DNA of 64,000 nucleotides. Source: Sphyrna mokarran (Eukaryota). Positions 1 through 12,902 of this stretch are shown here, in pieces; position 1 is the stretch's first letter, and each line of letters opens with the position of its first letter. The notes below the pieces were generated by a model. That model saw nothing but the letters and a program-made list of their open reading frames with translations, was not told the origin of the DNA and ran no database searches. The translations under genes and the position numbers were made by a program. Where the stretch lies: assembly GCA_024679065.1 (NCBI GenBank), contig JAGIQG010000001.1, positions 153,698,001 through 153,762,000 on the forward strand. The letters run 5' to 3'.

Positions 1-670
1 GCAGGAAGTAAAAGGGGGGAGAAGATGGAGAAATCACACTGTGGCGCGTGAGAAACTCCCCCGTGCTATCTTCTGCCAAGTTAATTTCATTCCACTGTGA
101 TATTACTGTGATATTAATACTTTTTTTATGTTTAAGAGGGATTGGTTTAAGATTCTGTGTTTTTTTGCAAGCAGCTGGTTTGTCAGGAAGGAATGTATCA
201 GATGTTGGAAAGCAGGATTATTACTCATTTTAGCTTTATATTTATTCAGCAGAAAGTTTAATGGGATTTTCTTTTGATTATAGGGCCTGTTTCCTGTGCT
301 ATTTTGTTCTTTATTGTTCTTTGTTCTCTCTGAAAGCTTCAAAGCTGTTACCCAAATCAAAACAAGTATATCTGTATCTGCTAATTATGCTTAAAGTGGG
401 ATTTAAGTCTATCAGAGAAATATTGTTTAATTGGAAATAAACTAGAAGAGTTATTTCTTTTCGTGTTTAAAAATTGTTCAGCGGTTAAGAAGAAGTTATT
501 TCATTTTGTTAGTGGTACAGTTTAGCTGTGTTATGAATAAAACTTGTTCTGATAAAAAAAAATTACCCTGAGGCAAAGCACCTTTCTTCACTTTTATGCC
601 AAAATAAAAGAATGTTGGTGTCTAGTCTGGCTTCATAATATAACTTGGGGCTTTAGTGTGGCACCCTAAC
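1..670 (+). mobile_element. Possible LTR (3' part, truncated by the window edge)
   Basis: T-rich body with AATAAA at about 536, ending abruptly in ...cctaaCA at 670. Resembles solo LTR architecture; no partner LTR or PBS seen. Confidence 0.3.
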
Positions 671-1134
671 ACCACAAGCAAATTTTTCTTGGCAGAATTA
701 CCCCAGCTCTGTCATTTCAGCCAACAGCCACAATAATATGAGATACCAACCAATTAGAGCTTGCTTTAGCCATTTATTAACATCCACATCAGCATTCTTG
801 CTTGCAACGACTGTAGGACTGTTCAGGACCAGAAACTGTGTTAACTTTTCCCTACCTTTCCCAATGTCAGCAGCTAGTCTCACTGGTGTCCATTTTGAAT
901 TCATTCAACATCACCAATGATTAAATCTATTTTAAGAATGAAAATTACAGTTTTTGATGATATTCAAATTATGCACCATGCTTTGATACTTGTAATTAAC
1001 CCACCAATCATTAAGGACAAGACCAATATCTTTTGAAAACTGCATAAATGTGCTTGAAACTTAGTCAATGCATATTTAATCCAGTTTTAATGGATCAGGA
1101 GCTGAACAGCTGGCAATGTAAACAGATGGGTAAA

Positions 1135-1460
1135 TCTTAGAATCCCTACACTGTAGAAGCAGGCCATTTGGTCCATCAAGTTTGCACTGACTCTCTGGCA
1201 GACTGTTTTAACCAGACCCACCACCCTGCCCCACCCCATGGCTAATCCATCTAGCCTACACATTATAGGAATGTAAAGGACAAATTAGCACGGCCAATCA
1301 ACCTAACCTGCACTTCTTTGGACTATGGGAAGAAACCAAAGCACCAAGAGGAAACCCATGCAGGCAAGGGAAGATTGTGCAAACTCACATAGGCAGTGGA
1401 CCAAGGCCAGAATAGAATGAAGGATCCAGGACAGCTAACCACTGTGTCACTATGCCACCC
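1135..1460 (-). mobile_element. HE1-type V-SINE (tRNA head, V domain, CR1-like tail)
   Basis: Reverse complement shows GTGGCATAGTG head, V-domain GAGTTTGCAC..TGCATGGGTTTCCTC..GGTTT, and tail ..GGCCAAATGGCCTGCTTCTACAGTGTAGGGATTCTA. Confidence 0.85.
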
Positions 1461-1899
1461 TATGGTTAGCTACCTGTCTGACTATCAGTCATGCAAATTA
1501 GGAAGCTTCCTACATTCAATTCAGCATATTTTTCTCTTTCTGCTCTCCCTAATCTTGATTTTAACAATGCAGGCTCACCATTACGATTTTTACAATTACA
1601 ATTACCTTTGAACTTCTCAACTGAATGGTTTTATCATTAATTTTAACTTAGGAAGTTTAACATTTGAAAGTTTTGATAATTGTATCACTAAAGGTGATTG
1701 ATATCAGTAATGGAGAATTGCAACACTTATTTGTACCCTACCAAGTTGGATTTTAGCTTTTTTTTGTGCACTCCACTTCCTCATAGGCATTAACAGAGCA
1801 TCGGCGTGCTCCCTCTTCCCAACATTGGCACCATCCCACTTCCCTTGACAGGCCCCATCCCCAATGCAGGCATAAATGCCAACCCCCTCCCCCCTTTCC

Positions 1900-2440
1900 T
1901 TTAGTAATCAGTAGTTAACGAGTGGAATGTTCACCTAAGAAGCTCCATGTTAATGGTCATGAGTTCCATGGGTTCTTGCATGGCAGATGAACCTGATTCT
2001 AGAGTAATATCTTTGACTGTACACTTGGCAGATGTTTCTGGGAGTGGGCTCGGTCCTTGGACTCGGGATTGCTGGAATTCTTTTCTCAGGTTCCTTTTCT
2101 GGACCTCCTCGTGCCATTGGATGTTCTTGAAGAATTGTGCCTCTTCAATCAAGAGGCACCTCCCGGTCAGTTCCTTCTGAACAAGGGTCTCCCAGGTGTT
2201 GAAGTCTGTGTTGCATTTCTTAAGATAAGCCTTCAAGGTGTCTTCCTTTGTCCTCATTTTGTTCAAGGGCCTTCCTTGAGCTGGGTGAAGAAGATTTGCT
2301 TTGACAGTGGGGACTCTGACGTCCTAAACACATGACTGTCTCAGCGAAGTTTGTTTCGGATGATCTTGGCCTCATTGCTGGTGCTTTTAGTTCCTTCAAG
2401 GTTGCTGATGTTAGTGTCCTCCCAGCTGATGAGCAGAGTC
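1900..2440 (-). mobile_element. RTE-clade (BovB-like) LINE, decayed 3' end of the ORF
   Basis: Minus-strand translation LLISWEDTNISNLE..IIRNKLR*DSHVFRTSESPLSKQIFFTQLKEG..GQRK / DTLKAYLKKCNTDFNTWETL matches the RTE post-RT C-terminal motif series. Confidence 0.75.
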
Positions 2441-3228
2441 TATCTCAGACCCCAGGGTCTCGAGGTGGTTCCCAATTGGGCTCCCCAGACTGCCTGCCCT
2501 CCCCATTGCCACTGTGCCCAGCCCTGCCCAGCCATCTCACCCGGGGGCTATATCTCTCTGCCCCCAATGTCTTCATGACTGATTTTTACGTTTGCTTCCT
2601 GAGTTTGGACAGGAAGCAATTGCTTAACAGGACAGGGATATCAGAGGACATCTTGTGGAGCTTATTTTGATAAAGGGCGTGCAATTTTTCCGCAGAGTAT
2701 TGGATCAAGTGAGAAAAGCTGTGTGAAACTTGCCAGTGTCACATATGCCTTAAGAACGTCCCAAGCTCAAAGTTAAGCCACACCCCCTCACCCCCACCCC
2801 ACTCCATGGAGACCCCAACTGATATTGGAACACCCCTCGTTTCCCTGTCAGAGATTGGAACCCCAGTGGACAAAGGGAAAATTTCCCAACCCCCACATGC
2901 AGAAGGGGAACTCTTCCCCCCGTCCCCCACTTGTAGATGGTGATAACACTCCGCCATTGTCCTGTACAGAAGTGTTGAAAAGCTAATGGGTAGGAGTTCA
3001 GCATCTCCCATCCTAAGCCAACAGTTACGATAGCCACAATAGTGCACCCCCACCAATTCCACTACCTTCTTGGGGGGTATTAACAGCCCATGACCAGTTT
3101 CCCACATTATGATTTTGCATGGCTTGCCAAGATAAAAGCAAAATATCACAACATGCAATCAGCAATTCCAAGCAAACTATCACTGTGCATGTTTTGGGAG
3201 AGAAGTGTAAGTTGCTGCTTACACAGTA

Positions 3229-5415
3229 AGCTGCTGGCCCAATTGCCTCTCTAACAGGCAGCTGGCCCAATTGCCTCCCGAACAGGCTGCTGGCCCAATT
3301 GCCTCTCTAACAGGAAGCTGGCCCAGTTGCCTCCCGAACAGGCAGCTGGCCCAATTGCCTCCCCAACAGGCAGCTGGCCCAATTGCCTCCCGAAAGGCAG
3401 CTGGCCCAATTGCCTCCTAACAGGCAGCTGGCCCAGTTGCCTCCAACAGGCGCTGGCCATTGCCTACCACCCCAAAGCGCGCCATTGCCCGAACAGGCAG
3501 CTGGCCCAATTGCCTCCCCAACAGGCGCTGGCCCATCCTCCAAAGCTGGCCCAATTGCCTCCACAGGCTGCTGGCCCAATTGCCTCCTAACAGGCGCTGG
3601 CCCATGCTCAGCTGGCCAATTCCTCCTAACAGGCTGGCCCATTGCCTCCCAACAGGCACTGGCCCAATTGCCTCCCCAACAGGCAGCTGGCCCAATTGCC
3701 TCCCGAAAGGCAGCTGGCCCAATTGCCTCCTAACAGGCAGCTGGCCCAATTGCCTCTCTAACAGGCTGCTGGCCCAGTTGCCTCTCTAACAGGCAGCTGG
3801 CCCAGTTGCCTCTCTAACAGGCTGCTGGCCCAATTGCCTCTCTAACAGGCAGCTGGCCCAATTGCCTCCCGAACAGGCAGCTGGCCCAATTGCCTCCCCA
3901 ACAGGCTGCTGGCCCAATTGCCTCTCTAACAGGCTGCTGGCCCAATTGCCTCCCCAGCAGAGCTGGCCCAATTGCCTCCTAACAGGCTGCTGGCCCAATT
4001 GCCTCCCCAACAGGCAGTGCCTTGCCTCCAAAGGCGCTGGCCCAATTGCCTCCCCACAGGCTGGCCCATTGCCTCCTAACAGGCTGCTGGCCCAATTGCC
4101 TCCCGAACAGGCAGCTGGCCCAATTGCCTCTCTAACAGGCTGCTGGCCCAATTGCCTCCCCAACAGGCAGCTGGCCCAGTTGCCTCTCTAACAGGCTGCT
4201 GGCCCAATTGCCTCCCCAACAGGCAGCTGGCCCAATTGCCTCTCTAACAGGCTGCTGGCCCAATTGCCTCCCCAACAGGCAGCTGGCCCAATTGCCTCTC
4301 TAACAGGCTGCTGGCCCAATTGCCTCCCCAACAGGCAGCTGGCCCAATTGCCTCTCTAACAGGCTGCTGGCCCAGTTGCCTCCCCAGCAGGCAGCTGGCC
4401 CAATTGCCTCTCTAACAGGCTGCTGGCCCAGTTGCCTCCCCAACAGGCAGCTGGCCCAATTGCCTCTCTAACAGGCTGCTGGCCCAGTTGCCTCCCCAAC
4501 AGGCAGCTGGCCCAGTTGCCTCTCTAACAGGCTGCTGGCCCAATTGCCTCCCAAACAGGCAGCTGGCCCAGTTGCCTCTCTAACAGGCTGCTGGCCCAAT
4601 TGCCTCCCCAACAGGCAGCTGGCCCAATTGCCTCCCCAACAGGCAGCTGGCCCAATTGCCTCCCGAACAGGCTGCTGGCCCAATTGCCTCCCTAACAGGC
4701 TGCTGGCCCAATTGCCTCTCTAACAGGCTGCTGGCCCAGTTGCCTCCCCAGCAGGTAGCTGGCCCATTGCCTCTCAACAGGCTGCTGGCCCAGTTGCCTC
4801 CCCAGCAGGTAGCTGGCCCAATTGCCTCTCTAACAGGCTGCTGGCCCATTGCCTCCCAGCAGGTAGCTGCCAGTTGCCTCTCTAACAGGCTGCTGGCCCA
4901 ATTGCCTCCCGAACAGGCAGCTGGCCCAATTGCCTCTCTAACAGGCTGCTGGCCCAGTTGCCTCCCCAGCAGGTAGCTGGCCCAGTTGCCTCTCTAACAG
5001 GCTGCTGGCCCAGTTGCCTCCCCAGCAGGTAGCTGGCCCAATTGCCTCTCTAACAGGCTGCTGGCCCAGTTGCCTCCCCAGCAGGTAGCTGGCCCAGTTG
5101 CCTCTCTAACAGGCTGCTGGCCCAATTGCCTCCCAAACAGGCAGCTGGCCCAGTTGCCTCTCTAACAGGCTGCTGGCCCAATTGCCTCCCCAACAGGCAG
5201 CTGGCCCAATTGCCTCCCCAACAGGCAGCTGGCCCAATTGCCTCCCGAACAGGCTGCTGGCCCAATTGCCTCCCTAACAGGCTGCTGGCCCAGTTGCCTC
5301 CCCAACAGGTTGCTGGGCCAGTTGTCTCCCCAGCAGGCAGCTGGCTTAGTTATCTTTCCAACGGGCTTTTGACCCACTTGCCTCCACAACAGCCTGTTGA
5401 CCAGTTGCCTCTCCC
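3229..5415. repeat. Minisatellite, 28-bp unit CTGGCCCARTTGCCTC(TCT/CCC)AACAGGCWG, about 75-78 copies
   Basis: Direct periodicity (GGCCC at 4201, 4229, 4257). Alternating variants give a 56-bp higher order; the array decays at its right end. Confidence 0.97.
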
Positions 5416-6334
5416 GCCATGAGTCTTACAGATTAAACGTGGGTAGAAGCAATGGAAGTAAATTTCTTTCCTTTCCTGACCTTGTATTATTACATATTCT
5501 CTGGCTTGATATGATGATCTCCAGGATGAGATTTATTCACTCAACCTGTTCACCACCTAACTCCAGGCACTCTTCCATAATACTAGACAAAGTAACCAGG
5601 CTCCTCCACCTTACTTCAGTTTCACAGGAAGAAGAGCTGAAAGTGCCCATCCACAAAGCTATAGGTTCTCTTGACCATCCTTTGCCACCCATCTACAGGG
5701 CTCAAAAATTACAAAATAGTTTCACACTGCTTGACATATTGCCTCGGAGTGATTCGAATTACTCACTAGCCAATGCAGAAATAGTTCAAATCAATATGCA
5801 CACAGTTCTAATTCAAATCATTACATGCTTTTAAAAGTCTTGCATTTTTCAAATCAGCTAAATGAATGCAGTTTTTAAAAAGAAATCAATTTCCATCACT
5901 CTAAAAAGTGATGTATTAATAAATTTAAATTTATGTACGTCAATTGGATCAATATAGTTGGTTAAATCAATGTGCATAGTGCTCAGTTTTAAATCATTCA
6001 CTACAGCTCTGGAAACCCATATCTTAAAAGCAATCAGCTAAATCAGGCCAAATGGCAGATTTTGTAGAGAGGCATATCTGCTTTTCACTCTGAAGGAAGA
6101 ATTAAGCAGTTTTTATGTAAGGTCCCTCCAGATTTTGGAGACCTCAGTGCTTCTGCTGTCAGTCACTAATCACTAACGCATGTTTGCATTGTTCCACCGC
6201 CCTGACTTAAAGAAATTTCACACGTATTCAAATGAGCTTGGGAAGAAACCTGAACCACAACTTTTCATTTGGAAATCAGTGCTATTTCAAACAAACTTTC
6301 CATTTGAACCCAGGTAGAAATTGATCCCTATGTA

Positions 6335-6530
6335 GAGGTGAGTGGGGTAAGTTCTTTTACACAGAGAGTGATGGGGACCTGAATTGCTAAGTGAGGCTTA
6401 GTTGGATAGACACATGAACAGGGAATAGAGGGATACAGGCGGTTGGTCTAGATAGGGCAACGTGATCAGTGCAGGCTTAGAGGGAAGAAGGGCCTATTCC
6501 TGTGCTGTGTGGTTCTTTATTCTTCGATTT
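6335..6530 (+). mobile_element. CR1 LINE 3' terminal fragment
   Basis: TTTTACACAGAGAGTG (FTQRV) followed by the terminal motif GAAGGGCCTATTCCTGTGCTG and a ttct tail. Confidence 0.75.
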
Positions 6531-6749
6531 CTTACCCCTCTTCATTCAGTGGATGGGTTTGCCAATTTAGCGCAACTTAAACAATAGCCAGTAACAACAG
6601 AATGCAAAATGTGTCTTAAACTTGGTTTAAGGTGGATGAATGAGACATGGCTACAAACCAAAGTCCCAGATGTGTATATGTAACATTCCATTGCAATCCA
6701 CATATGGTCTGCTCAAAGACAACCCCTTGTTTGTCCTTTTTTGTCGTTG

Positions 6750-6898
6750 ATGGTTTGCCATTGCCTTCCTCTTTCAGGGCCAGGCTAGGAAGGCAGGTCC
6801 CAAGTCTATCTCAGCTGGAATGGGAATCAAATCCATGCTATTGGCATTATTCCGAATTGCAAGTCTGTCACCCAGCCAAATGAGCTTACCAGCACCCC
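6750..6898 (-). mobile_element. Old tRNA-derived SINE fragment
   Basis: Reverse complement has A-box-like AAGCTCATTTGG and B-box-like GATTTGATTCC, both degenerate. Confidence 0.4.
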
Positions 6899-7182
6899 AT
6901 GTTACACGGACAACAATGTGGAATTATATCCAATGTAAAGCATTGCAACAAATCCGATGTGAACAGGTCGGAGATTAATCAAAAGAAACCAGCAACAGGA
7001 ATGAAAATCACAAAACTGTGTAACTGAAAAAGCACAAAATCAAAAAAATGGGTAGCAATGGTTATCAACAATCCCTCCAGACTTTGTGAAATGCTTTGTG
7101 ACCACCAAGTCCATTGAGCATGTAATGTTGGAAATGATGATCTGAAATGTACAAGAGAACCATAAAACTTATCCATACAATA

Positions 7183-8168
7183 TGGGGGATGATTCTTCCA
7201 GCCCGCTGCACCACACTAGCAGTGCAGCAGGCTGGGAAACATCAGCAGAGACCGTTCAGCTGTGTTCTCCGCTGGGTACCACAGCCTCCACACATCTCTG
7301 GGTCTAAGATTTTTGGAATTGTCATCTCCACATTTGAAATCGGAGCGGAGTTGTTTACAATATTTAAATAAGTATTTTCATCCCATTAGTGGGCTCAGGA
7401 CTGCAGTTTCCAGGCTTGTTAATGTCTCCCACCCCACCAGGAATTGTTCACTCCAGTGGGGTTTACAACTACTATCCATGAACGGGGAGCAGGGAGCCCA
7501 ATCCGCTGGAAGAAATGGAGGCCCCCCCCCCCCCCCCCCCAGGAGGTCACGCATAAAGGGAGTACCCCCAGACAGTGCCAGCCTGGCCCACTGCCCAAGC
7601 AGCAAACTGGCAATGTCCAAGGGGCACCTTGGTACTGCCCACCAGGCATCAGACAGCTCCACGGGGGTGGAACCAGAGGGGGCAGGGCCTATAGGGGGGC
7701 GATTGATGGGGCTGGGTTTGGGGTTCCCACTGCCACTCTGTTAGAGGATCACTGGGAGAGGAGGGAAGGGGGTGATCAGGACAGGCCATCCTGATGGGGC
7801 AGGGGGTATCTAGGAGATTGTGATTGGCCTGGAGAGGTCCTGGAAGCCAGCGATTGGGGTGGTACAGAGGGGTATCAATGCAAGGTCTGGGGGCTGGCCA
7901 GCGATCAGGATCCAGGGTTGCGGAGGTACTGCACATGTGCTGATCTCAACTGATAGATTTGCGCATGTGCAGGGGTCTGCTCAACGCTGTGCTGCCAACC
8001 TCTCCAGGGGGAATAGGCCTCACCCCTAGATTTTCAGAGGGAATCCTGCTAGGTTAGTCCGCAGTGCTCACAGTGTGGGAGATCCATTTTGAAAAGCCCG
8101 CTGAAAAAAAATAGACAGGAGTTACTCCAGTTTTCACGTGAATTCTGCACTTGGAATTTTTTGGAAAT
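7183..8168. mobile_element. GC-rich non-autonomous DNA-transposon-like element
   Basis: Sharp GC-rich island in AT-rich DNA, starting GGGGGATGATTCTTCC and ending ..TTTTTTGGAAATT. No coding similarity; internal poly-C run at about 7522-7540. Confidence 0.4.
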
Positions 8169-8299
8169 TAGAACTGAATTGTCTCCAAGCTGTTTGAACT
8201 GCCTGTAATGAATATTTTTCTATTGGAGGCCCATATGAGAAGGTTTAAAGGACAGACCATTCAGCTAAGTTGAAGTTGACGTTATGTTCCTTTCAATCC

Positions 8300-9720
8300 T
8301 TCTCCCATCTTTCCTCATCTCACTCTAGCAACAAAATATTCTATTCCCTGCTTCTTGATCTGCTCATCTAGCTTCCCTTCCCTTAACTGCATCTATAATA
8401 TTCGCCTCAAGTTGTCCCAGCGAGTTCTATGCACTCATCAATCTCACTACAGTTTTCTTCTAAACTTCCTATTAGATTTTTTGGCATCTATTTTATATTG
8501 AAGACTTCTACTTTTGTTATTCCTTGCAAAGAAGACTATCAAAGCCTCTCTCATTTGAAAGACTCAGGGCCGGATTCTCTGACCTGGCCGGCAGCTGGGA
8601 TTCTCCTGTTCTGCTGCAGTAAAAAAGGATTTGATTGAGCACCGTTCCCTCTGGCACCGGCAGCAGGGCATAAACTGTCAGAGTTCTGGCCTTAGTGACA
8701 CTTCTCAGCCTTCCCTTTGCAGACAAAAAAGACCCAACTTGTCCCTGACTTTTTGAAGTGCATAATTTCACAATTTTGTCGTCATCCCTGTAATTTCCCC
8801 CACCTCCATTTTTTCAGTGCCTTTATTTTGTTCTAGTAATATGCTGATCATAAATATATAGTACTCCAAATATGTTCTAAGATATAATTTCTATTTTTCT
8901 ACAAATAAATTGTCTGCATGGTTTGTTTTATTTAATGGTCTTAATTTGTGTCACCATTTTTAATGCACTCCCAATTAGTTTGTTTTTAGATTCCACACCC
9001 CCTGCCCTCCCCTAGTAATAAGATTTAATCTTTCTGAACAAAATGTAATATCTCACTCTTAACGTTGAAATATAATTGTCAATTATATATCCAATCTGCA
9101 AATTTATTAGTGCCTTGTAATTTGTGCAATTCTCAATCTTGACTATCACTCAAAATTGGTGTCATCTGCAAATTGTGTTTTGATGTAGTGAAGAACATTG
9201 GTCACAGCACTGATTACTAATGTACCCCACTGGCTACCTTCTGCCACTCTGAAAAGTTACGCTTTATCTCTAAACTGTTTTGAAACCAGTTACTGCTGCT
9301 ATTTCTCTGACTCTGCAGGCTTAGGGCTTATTCTGTTTGAAAATCTAGAGATATACATCTGCCACATTATCCTCATCTTCTCTCTGTTACCTCAAAGAAT
9401 TCAATGAGGTTAGTCAAGCAAGACCTTCCCTTCTGAAATCCACGCTGACCGTTACTGTATTTTTTGGTTTCTAGATTATTTTAAATTATCTTCATTTTCC
9501 TTTATCTTCCCGATCACTGATGTTAAAGCTGTCTGGTAAATACTTCCTTATAATACCCAACCATCCTTCTTAAAACATAGATTGCATTATCCCTATCTGC
9601 CAGTCCTCTGGCACTATATCATTTTCTAATTAATTATTAAGTGTGCAATAGTGCTATCTATTCCCTGGATGGGTGAATGCAATCTGTCTAGATCAGGAGT
9701 TTTAGCCAGGATTTGATTAA
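8300..9720 (-). mobile_element. Highly decayed CR1 ORF2/3' fragments
   Basis: Remnants GGTGTCATCTGCAAATT (reverse: KFADDT) at about 9160 and GGTTAGTCAAGCAAGACCTTCCC (reverse: GRSCLTNL) at about 9410. Confidence 0.7.
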
Positions 9721-10059
9721 TTAATACATAAAATAGGAGAAATATTATGTGAAGCACAGTCATATCATTTCAAATGTATTGATCCATGTTATGTTCACTT
9801 GATCCATCTCCCCTGGTAAATCCTGAAGTAAAATATGCAATACTTTTGCTATTGCTGCCTGTGATTTTATCCTGCAGCGGCCCCTCTTCCTTTTCATGCA
9901 TTGCTGTTAGTCATAGATACTATAGTTAGCAGGTTACAACTGCTAGCACAGAGCTATACATAAGTTACTGTTTTTGGAAGTCATAGTGCATATCAAGACT
10001 TCTAGTTTTCTTATCTCCACACTGGTAAATGGATGAAATTTATTTTGAACACATATATA

Positions 10060-10460
10060 GAACATAAAACATTATAGCACAGTACAGGCCCTTTGGCCCT
10101 CGATGTTGCGCTGACCAGTGGAACCAATCTAATTACCCTCTAACCTAAACTATTCCAATATTATCTATATGTCTATCCACTGACCATTTGAACACCCTTA
10201 AACTTGGCGAGTTCACAACTGCTGCAGGCAGGGCATTCCACACCCTCATTACCCTCTAGGTAAAGAGCCTACCTCTGACATCTGTCCTATAATTATCACC
10301 CCTCAATTTAAAGCTATGTCCCCTTGTGTTAGTCATCACCAGCCGAGGAGAAAGGCTCTCACTATCCACCCTATCTAACCCTCTGATCATCTTGCATGCC
10401 TCAAATAGGTCACCTCTTAAGTTTATTTTCATTAGAGAGAAGGTCGAGTTCCTCAGCCTT
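10060..10460 (-). mobile_element. CR1 LINE 3' end
   Basis: Tail AGAACATAAAACAT, terminal motif AGGCCCTTTGGCCC, and reverse WNALP / RGHSFKLRG motifs. Confidence 0.85.
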
Positions 10461-10619
10461 TAAATACTTCCAGGGGAAACACTTTAAAGGCAGTCAAAGC
10501 AAATGGAATTTAAGTTTTGTATAAAAATGTTGAAGTTGGGATTTGCTTTCAATTCAGGATTTTTTTTTTTCACATATTCAAAACAGTTACATTTATTATA
10601 CAGGCAAGATGAGAATGAC

Positions 10620-11280
10620 GGCCCTTGATATCAAGGCTGAGTGTGGCATCAAGGAGCTCCAACAAAACTGGAGCTCACGGAAATGAGGGGAAAACTCCCC
10701 ACTGGTTGGAGTCATATCTAATAGGGTAATATCAGTCATCTCAGCTCCAGGACATCACTGCAGGAGTTCCTCAGGGAAGTGTGCCACGCTTAACCATTTT
10801 CAGCTGCCCGCCCTTCGCCTGGATGAGTGCAGTTCCAGCAACACAAGTAGCTTGACAGCATTTAGGACAAAGCAGGCTTCTTGACTGGCACCCCTTTCAC
10901 AAAAATAACTTCCTCTGCCACCAACACACCAGTAGCAGGAGTGAATACCATCTATAAGACGTACTTCAAGAACTCACCAAAGCTTCTTAGACAGTACATT
11001 CCGAACCCATGACCACTACCACCAAGGATACGGGCAGCAGATACATGGGAACACAGTTAACTGCAAATTCCCCTCAATGTCACTAGCCATCCTGACTTGA
11101 AACTATAATTGCCATTTCTTCATTGTCATTAGGTTAAAATTCTAAACTCTCTGCCTAACAGAACTCACATGGACTGTAGTGGTTCAACAAGGCAGTTCAC
11201 TTTCCAAGAACAATTAGAGATGGGTGATTAATGCTGGCCTAGCCAGCAAAGTCCATGGACCAAAAAAGTCTTTGAATAAA
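10620..11280 (+). mobile_element. CR1/L2-group LINE, internally deleted RT and 3' end
   Basis: GACATCACTGCAGGAGTTCCTCAGGGAAGTGTG (ITAGVPQGSV), then a 3' region ending ..TGCTGGCCTAGCCAG..GAATAAA. Confidence 0.7.
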
Positions 11281-11281
11281 T

Positions 11282-12457
11282 TTTATTTGTAGCCAAATTT
11301 CAAAAAGTAGAACTAAATTTTGAAGACCATCGTAGAGAAAAGTTATACCCTAGCATTAAACTGTTATAGAGTAGATTTGTTTATGCAAGTGCAATGTGTG
11401 AGGGAATATATTTATCCTTATTAAAAAAAATAATCTATTGCAATTGAAATAAAAATGGCTGGAATTAGTAGTTTCTCCACATGTTCCTGGTATGCCAATG
11501 TGCAAATTTCCTTTATTTAATTTTCCAGAAACCAATCGGGGTTTTTATATACATCTTTCCAAACACCTTCAGGTGAGACACATGCTCTTCCCCACCCTAT
11601 ATTCTATAATTATTATATCATTTTCATAAAGAAGCAACTTCTGACTCACTAGGGTGGGGCTGGAATTCTACAGGAGACGTACAAACTAGTAACATGTCCA
11701 TTTATTTATAGCCAAAAATAATTGAGGCATTTAAGTGTTCAGTGTTTTCCTTAGGGGATGGGGATGGCTGAAAGAAACAAAATGGTTAAAAACCACCTTT
11801 TGGTAAAATCACATTATTAGTTTCAATTCAATTTGACATAACATTGTAGTTTAAACTGTTTTATTAAGGCAAATACATATCGCAAAAATGTAGTATCATT
11901 AGCATATCTCTATACACAAAGGCCACAGGGTGGCATTGACTGGTCAGCACGTACAAAGTTAAGACAATTCACTTTTCTAGTGTTGACATTATATTGCACT
12001 ATTTTTTTTCCTTAATCTAATTTCTGCATTGTACCTAGGTCAAGCCAAACTAAAGGCAACAGCAATACGGAAAATTACATTGACACCCAAACTCAGTATT
12101 AAAACTGTAGCATCCCTTTATAGATTACATTTTCCTACCAAAAACGTAGTGTGCTTTAATAATTATGGAATCATTTTGATATTACTGGGTTTGAGGTATA
12201 TGCTACAACATATTACCAAATATAAATCTGTTAATAAAGGGGCAACAAGCCATATTCAAAATTTCCTAAAAATGCATCTTTACATGACTTGAGGCCACAG
12301 AGGTAAAAAGGGATAAAAAGCAACAGCTTTTTAAAAATCCATTATTCCAGACCAGTCAAGTTTAATTAGTCAGACATCTTAAGAAACAAAACACCCGACA
12401 TTCTAAAAACAGAATATGTACACAGGCCCAAATAGGATGACCAAAGCCCTTTGACCT
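11282..12457 (-). other. SCOC: Probable SCOC 3' UTR with candidate poly(A) signals
   Basis: Repeat-free AT-rich DNA after the stop codon. Minus-strand AATAAA at about 11860-11865, 11701-11706, 11512-11517 and 11282-11287; the site actually used is unknown. Confidence 0.55.
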
Positions 12458-12600
12458 TTACTTTCGTTTGCTTTTTGTGTCTGTTGTCTGGAAAACACTA
12501 GAAGCCGACATAAGATTTTCTATGTATTGCCCAAGAACTTGATTTTCAGACTTTAGTTTCAGATTCTCTTCTTTTACGGCATCCACACGTGCAGACAGCT
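12458..12600 (-). CDS. SCOC: SCOC last coding exon ((E)[46 protein letters not shown])
   Basis: Essentially the vertebrate SCOC C-terminus as recalled. Acceptor ttttgtttactcAG at 12602-12601, stop TAA at 12460-12458, phase 1. Confidence 0.97.
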
Positions 12601-12902
12601 CTGAGTAAACAAAAACAGACACACTGATCACTAGGATATAAAATACAGTAAATCTCAATCCAATCATACCAATCAATATTTTTAAGATGACGCAAAGTAA
12701 CATTGCCAGTTATAAATGAAACGAAAGGATTATTTTTCTAACAGAAACTTCCAAAGTTGCTTCTTTCAGATAGGATAGAATTTCCTCAAGGTGAGAGTAT
12801 ACAATCTTACGCTCAAGACTATCACCCAGTTTAAGCATATTGGTGGGTCCATCCACAAGGATAAAAGGCATGCACTTCAATACTTACAATAAATTCATTT
12901 AC

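Noticed and set aside
698-904. ORF with ankyrin-like look (WTPVRLAA..G..KL.QFL..ADVDVN)
   Set aside because: Spacing does not fit a 33-aa ankyrin repeat; single copy; no convincing acceptor or partner exons.
3229-5415. CRISPR-like array (palindromic repeat plus variable spacer)
   Set aside because: Linkers are only 7 nt and are variants of one sequence; vertebrate context; no cas genes.
3251-5422. Many overlapping ORFs with repeated peptides
   Set aside because: Artefacts of a 28-bp repeat cycling through frames; no splice or homology support.
5397-5834. 145-aa ORF
   Set aside because: No recognisable domain; begins in the decayed end of the minisatellite.
1-11200. Exons of a neighbouring gene (CLGN lies next to SCOC in mammals)
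   Set aside because: No calmegin/calnexin-like peptide recognised in this interval.
12601-12703. Hydrophobic N-terminal extension of the SCOC ORF in the ORF track
   Set aside because: Intronic read-through upstream of the AG acceptor at 12602-12601.
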